Assembly: GCA_965644265.1 (NCBI GenBank)
Contig: OZ286474.1
Location: forward strand, 5,580,001-5,644,000
Direction of reading: 5' to 3'
Source: Glycera tridactyla
Lineage: Eukaryota
DNA length: 64,000 nucleotides
This document shows positions 55,853-62,266 of this stretch, in pieces (position 1 is the first letter of the stretch; each line of letters opens with the position of its first letter). The notes below the pieces were generated by a model. That model worked only from the letters and a program-made list of their open reading frames with translations. It was not told the DNA's origin and did no database searches. The position numbers and the translations under genes are program-made.

Positions 55853-57908
55853 CTTGTGTGTGTGTGTGTGTGTTTTACATTTGTCCATGTTATACTAGAC
55901 CTTTATATTTTCAGATCATAGAGTGGAACCCTATGAGAATTGAGATATGGGCCATACAGTATCTCTGAATGATTGGCCATCTCCAATTTATCGGCAGTTC
56001 ACATGGATGAAACAAGTGGGCCTGTTAACAGATAGCAGCAATGTCCACAATGTCAGCAGCTTGTCCACACGCCATGGACAAGCTGGAGAGCTAGTCTCCC
56101 TCTGTCAATGATTCGATACATCATGTGACAGGGCATCAGTTCAATTTAAACGACTTTATTTGCAATTCATCGTCTAATGAAATGAGTTTGAACAAGCAAG
56201 TTTTTCGATTCTATGAGCAATTTCTTGATGATTGTTAGATGATTATGTCCAAATTTTGGATATTTTTTTTGTTCTGCCATCTTGTGATTGGAGATTACAA
56301 CTCTGGGTTTCACCGATAGATGGCAGGCTGATCCAAAGCGACAGAGACTGCGTTTTGGTGCTGTCCTCATCGCACACGTGTAGGATCGACAGTCTGCTGA
56401 CAGGCAAAATGTGCAAAAATGTGCCCTAAATTGTTCATTCATGCTGCTGGTTCCTACAATCCTGTAGAATATACCATCTATATACTCCCATTTGTCAGGG
56501 AGGGATGTAACATTGAAGGTTATCCTACACCAAAACCATGTCAATGACAAATGTGTATGAATGTATATAAACACATGGGTGTGATTGGCTAACAACCAAA
56601 TTGCCCTGAAACCTGACCAGAGGTACATTCCACGCAGATTTCATGCACCAAGAAACACCAACAATTTCTGACTAACGGCTGCTGTAACTAGATACAAACT
56701 TGGTGCTTTATCTTGGCTAATTCGGGTCCAATTTTCGTCATCTATAGGCCGAAAGGATCAGCATAAAATGTTCTTTTTCTTTGCATATAGATGGATTGCT
56801 GCATTTGTGACCGAGAACATGTGAATTCATGGATCCGCGGAACCATCACATCACATCACTGGACAGGTACAACCAGAAGGATGAGCATCTCTGCCACGTA
56901 CATGCTCCCGCCATCTTGATTTAAAAATTAACCCCGGCCTCCCCACACTGATATATAATATATGAGTGCACAGGAGAGATGCTCAGCCTTCACGCTGTAC
57001 CTGTCCTGTCTACTCCATTCAAAGCTTACATCGGATGCCTGAGGTCGATCGATCCACTGCCGCTGATTCTTCTTCTTGTTTCCACCATCTGCGAGTTTAA
57101 CGGTTAATGGTTCTTTCCAACCTGTCAACACAAATAGAAGAGAGCATGAGATTTCTGATGGCAACTGGTTTCTGACAGTCAGTAACACACCGTTCTCAGA
57201 AATCAAAATTCACAATGTTCACTGAGAATATCAGAGTTTGGCCTCCTGTATATGCTTCCATCACACACAAACAATACATTGAGCTGGAACTACATTTGCC
57301 AATTTGAGATTATGTTGTCACTTGCATATTTCTCACATCAAACAGAATTTTTCCAGTTGCAATATTACTGAGGATCTAGTGGAAAAAGCAGATACAGTGA
57401 AACCTGTCTTGGGAGAATCCTCTCGGAAAATCAATGATTGGGACAGCTCATGGCAGGCTACAAGAAATATTCGCATATGCAGATTTTTTTTCATAGGTTG
57501 AGATTCTTAATAGCAGTCTCAATTAAGAAAAAAGTCATATATTGTATTTGTTTTCAGGATGTTCATTGTAATTTGTTTCAACTCCGGTTTGATTACAGTT
57601 ATGATTACTGATCACATGGCCTCCTGATTCTGACCTTCACGCGCCAATAATTAAGGATTTTGAAGTTGGCAATCGTCGGCACACTCACCTGGCATACATT
57701 TACCGTTGAAATTTGCTATAATTTTTTCACATTTATCCTTGGACTCCATGCGACAGAACCCGACTCCTCGACTCACGCCGGCGTTGTCTCGTAATATCCG
57801 CGTGGAGATCACCTGGCCAAACGGCGTGAACATGGACTCTAAGTCGTTCTCGGACATGTATGGTGGCAGGTTGGCAATGTATAGGTTGGTTGGATCTTGT
57901 TCTTGTTG
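13104..57908 (-). CDS. shep/RBMS: Spliced CDS (partial: RRM2 to near C-terminus) of an RBMS/MSSP-family RNA-binding protein (alan shepard-like); 6 exons, 230 codons
   Basis: Join(57908-57689,57121-57030,55697-55666,46662-46509,36672-36565,13187-13104) = 690 nt with no stop. All boundaries are AG/GT with matching phases (0-1-0-2-0-0). Translation: [16 protein letters not shown]...[14 protein letters not shown]...[10 protein letters not shown]...[20 protein letters not shown]...[12 protein letters not shown]...YVTGPHGTY. From memory this follows the RBMS1/2/3-Shep motif order ([35 protein letters not shown]). Introns are 567, 1332, 9003, 9836 and 23377 nt. Confidence 0.92.
14126..14228. mobile_element. 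Short TA-flanked MITE related to 58261-58423
   Basis: ta|cagtgcaacctctctataaagac ... ggtctttataaagaggtggtc ... gaagttcaactg|ta. Confidence 0.7.
14475..16655. repeat. 78-bp minisatellite x28
   Basis: Unit cagagatatactgactcacttaggcttagctctagctctaggtcagtgctcggtcatccagttatcttgtgtctggtt. Unit 2 lacks one gctcta (72 bp). Explains the 655-aa ORF. Confidence 0.98.
16745..17100 (+). mobile_element. Possible fragments of a second SINE type
   Basis: cagccaagtacccattcacacctgggtggag (16746-16776) and ggtccaacgtca...gggtgggcgtgaacc (~17045-17099) resemble conserved internal/3' segments of invertebrate tRNA-derived SINEs. This is from recall only and was not checked. Confidence 0.3.
17104..17188. mobile_element. 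Short TA-flanked MITE of the same CAGTG family
   Basis: ta|cagtggaacctg ... gacaggtttcactg|ta; internal ctacagtgaa/ttcactatag symmetry. Confidence 0.75.
17589..17669. repeat. (ATT/ATC)n microsatellite
   Basis: Direct reading. Confidence 0.9.
18422..18588. mobile_element. Degenerate member of the CAGTG/TA MITE family
   Basis: aaacctgca at the left, repeated gagaccac motifs, gcaggctccactg at the right. Confidence 0.55.
18911..19096 (-). mobile_element. Family A SINE-like copy
   Basis: ttgaggtttaacagcatgtgtcgaccc...ctggtcaatg...ttcacaaccctgaacacaagacgatgggaacc...gctgacagttcagacacacct. Confidence 0.6.
20285..20697. repeat. 39-bp minisatellite x~10.5 (gacttgtatccactggcgctacatgacagtgagatgttt)
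   Basis: Direct reading; alternating gcgcta/gcacga variants early in the array. Confidence 0.97.
20847..21725. repeat. 79-bp minisatellite x11 spanning the junction between a family A element tail and its flank
   Basis: The gcatgtatc motif recurs every 79 bp across the array; the first unit keeps an extra 11 bp of element tail. Confidence 0.97.
21700..21946 (-). mobile_element. Family A SINE-like copy whose tail end is fused into the 79-bp tandem array
   Basis: gacagcatgtatcatccc...gctgatagttcagacacacctctacc...tatgtaactggctggaagctgac shared with the other copies. Confidence 0.6.
24260..24400 (-). mobile_element. Family A SINE-like copy (tail portion)
   Basis: gtttgtttgaggtttaacggcatgtatcaaccc...tcacaaaccctgaacacaagatgatagggaacc. 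Confidence 0.65.
24890..25100. repeat. 30-bp minisatellite x7 (cactgaatgactgctgtataactcaggtat)
   Basis: Direct reading; near-identical units. Confidence 0.97.
25751..25895. mobile_element. Small hAT-like MITE (CAGGG...CCCTG ends, ACCTGCCC subterminal repeats)
   Basis: cagggggagaagagat at the left, tcttatcttatcgccctg at the right; three acctgccc motifs plus one inverted gtgggcag. No 8-bp TSD recognisable. Confidence 0.55.
33704..33962 (-). mobile_element. SINE-like dispersed repeat, family A (most complete copy)
   Basis: On the minus strand it ends ...gggttgatacatgcggttaaaccttaaacaaacaaa ((AAAC)n-type tail). Homologous to 18911-19096, 21700-21946, 24260-24400 and 58966-59172. The SINE assignment is inferred from the tail and a degenerate B-box-like head. 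Confidence 0.6.
36565..36672 (-). CDS. shep/RBMS: RBMS/Shep exon ([36 protein letters not shown])
   Basis: Acceptor tgcttgctctgcttgcag, donor TCG|gtaggc; 108 nt, phase 0 to 0. GC-rich; QL..QMSQLHL resembles the family motif QQMSHLSL. This frame is absent from the ORF track. Confidence 0.85.
38021..38210. repeat. Compound (TAT)/(CAT) low-complexity microsatellite
   Basis: Direct reading. Confidence 0.9.
42826..42925. repeat. 30-32-bp tandem repeat x3 (ccaaggtcaacacacgtcatggaggaacagat)
   Basis: Direct reading. Confidence 0.9.
43982..44057. repeat. (TG)n/(TA)n microsatellite; other TG/CA runs at 45885-45906, 36735-36759 and 6896-6912
   Basis: Direct reading. Confidence 0.9.
46509..46662 (-). 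CDS. shep/RBMS: RBMS/Shep exon, P/Q-rich region ([51 protein letters not shown])
   Basis: Acceptor ctaatctccccacag, donor CAG|gtaagc; 154 nt, phase 2 to 0. GC-rich island; similar to RBMS SPYSIA...SPVSAYQVQSPSW.QPY (recalled). Confidence 0.88.
47084..47157. repeat. ~36-bp x2 duplication (caccagaggtccctactatg.aatgtc.gcag)
   Basis: Direct reading. Confidence 0.85.
47243..47565. repeat. 25-bp minisatellite x13 (gcaacaagtatgactgcagttgcca)
   Basis: Direct reading. Confidence 0.97.
49220..49445. other. Assembly gap (226 N)
   Basis: Run of n. Confidence 0.99.
51121..51470. mobile_element. 350-bp MITE with TIR GGGTTCCCTC and repeated GCTAAAAT subterminal motifs (hAT-like ends)
   Basis: gggttccctc at 51121-51130 and its exact reverse complement gagggaaccc at 51461-51470; multiple ttgctaaaata motifs. 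No clear TSD. Confidence 0.7.
51977..52186. mobile_element. MITE-like element containing the seed of the 20-bp minisatellite
   Basis: Inverted pair ttctcagccc (51977-51986) / gggctgagaa (52177-52186); the internal segment is duplicated at 53748-54262. Confidence 0.45.
53781..54237. repeat. 20-bp minisatellite x~23 (cccataaaatgatgggtcat)
   Basis: Direct reading; embedded in a copy of 52015-52106. Confidence 0.97.
55353..55625. repeat. ~20-bp C-rich minisatellite x~14 (ccccgcccctccctgtgata); G-run rich on the transcribed strand
   Basis: Direct reading; reverse complement is tatcacagggaggggcgggg. Confidence 0.95.
55666..55697 (-). CDS. shep/RBMS: RBMS/Shep 32-nt micro-exon ([11 protein letters not shown])
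   Basis: Acceptor ttcttgtataatttcag, donor GG|gtaagt. It supplies exactly the phase 0 to 2 bridge needed between its neighbours. The peptide resembles vertebrate RBMS1 TLTYDPTTAAIQNG (recalled). Too short for the ORF track. Confidence 0.88.
55807..55872. repeat. (TG)n microsatellite, read as (CA)n in the RBMS pre-mRNA
   Basis: Direct reading. Confidence 0.95.
57030..57121 (-). CDS. shep/RBMS: RBMS/Shep exon: end of RRM2 and basic linker ([31 protein letters not shown])
   Basis: Acceptor ctatttgtgttgacag, donor GAT|gtaagc; 92 nt, phase 1 to 0. EPL.xK.ADGG.KK motif follows RRM2 in this family. Confidence 0.93.
57395..57530. mobile_element. Truncated CAGTG/TA MITE inside the 567-nt RBMS intron
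   Basis: Begins gata|cagtgaaacctgtctt, matching the 58261 element end; right TIR not clear. Confidence 0.45.
57689..57908 (-). CDS. shep/RBMS: RBMS/Shep exon encoding RRM2 ([73 protein letters not shown])
   Basis: RNP2 (LYIANL) and RNP1 (RGVGFCRM) motifs. Acceptor ttttgtgtttgcag, donor G|gtgagt; 220 nt, phase 0 to 1. [10 protein letters not shown] is diagnostic for the family. Confidence 0.97.
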
Positions 57909-58260
57909 CTGCAAACACAAAATAATACAAGAACATGAGTCAAAGCACCAGGACATGAAACGACACTGAGTGAATTGAGACCAAACACTTGAAAACCTTT
58001 CTGACCAGATTTATCCGACCATTCAGACCCCCAAGAACCTCCAACTGCTGCAGCAGGGTGGCAGACATGTTGAATCACCTACATGCTCACGGTCATATCT
58101 ACAGTAGTTAGGGTTGAAATTGTTCTTTCCTGCCACGGTAGGCTGCCTTGAATGAGGTCCCTGTCTCATGATATTAAGACAGCGAGATGCTTCCGAATTG
58201 GGTTATTCTCTCCATGATGGTAACAAGAAGGTCCTGCTTAGGCTCCCTCTCTCTGTGATA

Positions 58261-58423
58261 CAGTGAAACCTGCGATGACAGACCACTCTGAATGTCACCA
58301 AACATGGTCTCTCAAAAGAGAGGGGGTCTCTCGTCAGAGGTATATCTGGCAAAGTCAAAAAAGAAAGCGGCATTGCAGAAGTGGTCTTCCGTCAGAGTGG
58401 GTCTCTCGTCACAGGTTTCACTG
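58261..58423. mobile_element. 163-bp MITE, TIR CAGTGAAACCTG, TA target duplication (Tc1/mariner/pogo-type non-autonomous element)
   Basis: ta|cagtgaaacctgcgatgacagaccactctga ... tcagagtgggtctctcgtcacaggtttcactg|ta; ~30-bp imperfect TIR; internal gaccac/ggtctc subrepeats. Confidence 0.88.
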
Positions 58424-58965
58424 TATTATAGCAGGAAGAAGGTTCTGGCTGCAGTCCGTGGTTGCACACACTAAGAGAGCTTTGAGTGCTAAAAATGAAG
58501 TAAGGAAATGTGGACATCACAACCAGCAATGACACCTTTCGGACTCCTGCATTACTTAATATCGGAAACCATCTTTCATTGAGAGACTGTGAACTGAGCA
58601 AGATGTAGCTTGAAATGTGTGTGTGTACTCCACAATGATTCAGGAAATCAGGTCTCTGCATGAAACAATATGCACATAAATCACTTGTATTCATGTACTT
58701 TATCTCCATAGCAACATGGCCGTCACACGCCTCACTCAATGAGTCAGTCAACAACCACAGCCAGTCATGTTTGTGACTGCTCATCCCACTTGGTTTCCAC
58801 GGATACTCACGAGGACATACTACCATCCCTTATTCCAGTATAATCCAGCACAAATGCGGTATGAAGTCAGTAGATTAACCTAGTTTGTAATGACAGAATC
58901 CATCTTCTAGCAAAAATGTTTTGCACCCAATTATGGCATGAATATCAGAAATTGTGTCAACTGTA

Positions 58966-59172
58966 TGGTCAATATGTATTTTGTCCTTCACCCAGAGTCC
59001 TGATCTATGATGCTCCGTCTCCAGAGGGCATCACTCTCATAAGCCCAAAACCAGAAAGGTTGTCAAGTGGAAGAAGCTCTACCACTTCATACATGAACAA
59101 GAATAAACCTATCAAGGGCATATCTAACAACATAACCGGCTGGAAGCTAACACTCGAGCCAGGTAGCAATGC
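58966..59172 (-). mobile_element. Family A SINE-like copy (diverged)
   Basis: tggtcaat...ttgtcaagtggaag...gggcatatctaac...ggctggaagctaac...agcaatgc align with 33704-33962. Confidence 0.5.
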
Positions 59173-59882
59173 TTTCATTTGAAGCAATGTGTTGTACTTT
59201 AAAACAAGGAAGTGTATCAGGTTCAGAAGATGACTGTGATGACTCATTCACACACCACATGCACCAATACGCAATCCTAACTCGGGAGTATGATCAGTGT
59301 TCGAAATATCAGTCAGGTCTGAATGGGATAACTATCTGTGGAGAAAGAATCCTGTTTCTTGGCGCGAATAGCCCACAAATGATGGCAGCTATAGGTGCAA
59401 GATGCTGCCGGAACCACTGACTATATTCTATCAAGCAGTTGAAGTCACAGTTATGTACTCATAATGGGTCATGATATGCAGCTAATAGGTGCTAGGTTTA
59501 GTTGAGATACTGCCGGAACCACTGACTATATTCTATCAAGCAGTTGCAGTCACAGTTATGTACTCATGATGGGTCATGATATGCTTTTCAGCAACAGGTC
59601 TGGATGTCCATATTCCATGCAGGCATATAGTTGACACCCTGCCCTGATAATCTGGGCATTTGTTGTGGGTATGTCATGCCATATCAAACATACATGTTCA
59701 GCCAAGGATTTAGTTAAGCTTGAACTGTGTCGATATCCTAACTTGGAATCACTATCTGTACTCACGATCATCAATATGTAGCCTAAATGTCTATAAATAC
59801 TGCCTGTGCTTCTACATCACACTCACTCATGACCCTGCAACTTGGGCCTACAACCGTTCACCTAAGCAGCAAGTAGTTGTCC

Positions 59883-60445
59883 CGACTGTCAACAACTTTC
59901 TGGCCTAGCGTAGGGTACGACTGTCAACAACTTTCTGGCCTAGCGTAGGGTACGACTGTCAACAACTTTCTGGCCTAGCGTAGGGTACGACTGTCAACAA
60001 CTTTCTGGCCTAGCGTAGGGTACGACTGTCAACAACTTTCTGGCCTAGCGTAGGGTACGACTGTTAACAACTTTCTGGCCTAGCGTAGGGTACGACTGTC
60101 AACAACTTTCTGGCCTAGCGTAGGGTACGACTGTCAACAACTTTCTGGCCTAGCGTAGGGTACGACTGTCAACAACTTTCTGGCCTAGCGTAGGGTACGA
60201 CTGTCAACAACTTTCTGGCCTAGCGTAGGGTACGACTGTCAACAACTTTCTGGCCTAGCGTAGGGTACGACTGTCAACAACTTTCTGGCCTAGCGTAGGG
60301 TACGACTGTCAACAACTTTCTGGCCTAGCGTAGGGTACGACTGTTAACAACTTCCCGGCCTAGCGTAGGGTACGACTGTCAACAACTTTCTGTCCTAGCG
60401 AAGGGTACGACTGTCAACAACTTTCTGTCCTAGCGAAGGGTACGA
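59883..60445. repeat. 35-bp minisatellite x16 (cgactgtcaacaactttctggcctagcgtagggta)
   Basis: Direct reading; head-to-tail with no spacers; the last units are diverged. Confidence 0.97.
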
Positions 60446-60489
60446 GGTCCACTTCATCAACTCCCACTAGGAACAGTACAGTCTCCAAA

Positions 60490-60902
60490 TTTAGCCACTC
60501 TCCTGAATCCCAGGGAGAGTGAACTTGGTTTCCGGAGAGTGAAAAGACCGAACTCACTCTCCCAATGGGAAAGTGTGAATTTTTCAGATCATCAGAAAGT
60601 TATGATTTTTTTGTAGGGACAGAACAGCATGCTTTGGACTCCTACAACAAGAACTTTAATCTCTGTAAGAAGACGGCATTCACCTGCACATGTTTGATTC
60701 TGAACAGCAAACCTGAGCATCAAATGGGTTGGTGTTATTGCGATAGTCATTCACATGACCGATAAGTTGGGATTCACATCATGATAGGGCTCTCATGATT
60801 GAGCTTGTTTTGCTTGCACTTTTTTAACAAATTCCAGAGAGTGAATTTATTTCCGGCAGTGTGATTTTTCCAGCCTGCTCTCCCAATGGGAGAGTGGCTG
60901 AA
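60490..60902. mobile_element. MITE-like element with inverted ends TTAGCCACTCTCC / GGAGAGTGGCTGA
   Basis: ~13-bp inverted ends; internal direct repeats gagagtgaa..tttccgg and ctctcccaatggga near both ends. Confidence 0.55.
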
Positions 60903-60959
60903 AAAGTTTTTCTTGAAGACTGCCAGTAGTTCTCAGTCTACAGCCAATCCCGATATACA

Positions 60960-61260
60960 TTAGCATTTAAGCTATAGCTAAACAATGAGGGCAGATGTTA
61001 AAGAAAATTCTATCTGCTGAAAGAAATCTAATTCTCAATGGTGGTGGCTTATTGAAGATGATCATTTTCCTAATGTCATTTGTTTTGCACACAAAAAATG
61101 CAAAACTGATTGAATTGATATCAGAATGCTATGAATCTTTCATCTCGGTGAACTGATCCGAGGAAATGCCTTTGGACTGTCCACAAAATAAGTTCTGAAT
61201 TGCTAAAATTATTTCCATTTGGCAAAAATCATTGGGTTTAAGGCTGGTGATGCCAGGGAG
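60960..61260. mobile_element. Degenerate relative of the 51121-51470 MITE
   Basis: tagcatttaagctatagctaa...aaagaaaattc and ttctgaattgctaaaattatttccattt match both ends of the 51121 element. Confidence 0.5.
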
Positions 61261-61710
61261 ATCTTAGTTCTACAACTTTCTAGTCCCAGTCATGAGTCTC
61301 TATAGTCAAACATTCAGCGATGAGCAGATACCAGGGAGCAGTAGAGAATGCCGGGACTGCACGCCACGCCCATTCAGACGGCTTTATATGCACCTATTAA
61401 AGCAAGTTTCCCACGATTTTATAGCAAACCAATGTTACTCGGGCAAACAAACCCGGGCTTGTTTAACAATTCAAACAGATGCCGAGCTCTCAGGAAGTAT
61501 TCCCAGAATGCAATATTCCCAGAATGCAATTACACCACTTGAGCACCTCATTGACTGGAGAAGCAGGGCGGCCATCTTGTCATTGATCTCCCACGCTTTC
61601 CACTTGGACCATCCTGAACTCAGCCAGCTCACTCATACAAGGCTCGATGCTAACGTCTGCCCTATTGGCATAGATGAGCATAGAGCAGGTCATTTCATCA
61701 GAGCAGCCAT

Positions 61711-62110
61711 CCCTCTATAGATTAGCATTACAGCTGTAGCTGATCAATCAAGACTAGTGCTATAGAAGATCCAATTTGCTAAACTTATCCGCTAGAATTA
61801 TTTCCATTCCTGATGCACAAAGGTGGTGGTGGCGGTTTATTGTAGTTGACCATTTTCCTAATTTCACTCAGATTGGTGAAATTGATTTGGCATGAGAATG
61901 CCACTTTGGATGAACAGTTCCAATGTAATGCTTTGTGATGTTTACTTAGAGGTTTCTGGACTGCTAAAATTATTTTCCTAATTTCATTAACTTTGATGAA
62001 AAGATGCATTGAAAATTTGTTTCAATGAAATGCTTTGTCATTTCTATGTAGTGATTTCTCAATTGCGGAATGATTCCCATATTGGTAAAATCCTTAGCTT
62101 AATGGTTTTT
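61711..62110. mobile_element. Degenerate relative of the 51121-51470 MITE
   Basis: ccctctatagattagc...caatttgctaaa matches its left end exactly; gctaaaattattttcc motifs internally. Confidence 0.55.
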
Positions 62111-62266
62111 CCTGCTAGCAGGCTGGCAGCAGTTGCTGTGATCAGCAGTAAGCAGCAGGGAGATAAGACAAGTACAGAGGCCAGAGACTGGCAGGTGCTG
62201 GCTGGCTAATGTCTGCCCCTGTAGACTAACAACACTACGGATAGTGTTTCCTTCATGTTGACTCCT

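Noticed and set aside
59883-60445. CRISPR-like 35-bp repeats with a small hairpin
   Set aside because: Units are head-to-tail with no unique spacers, there are no cas genes, and the context is eukaryotic. The same applies to the 30- and 39-bp arrays.
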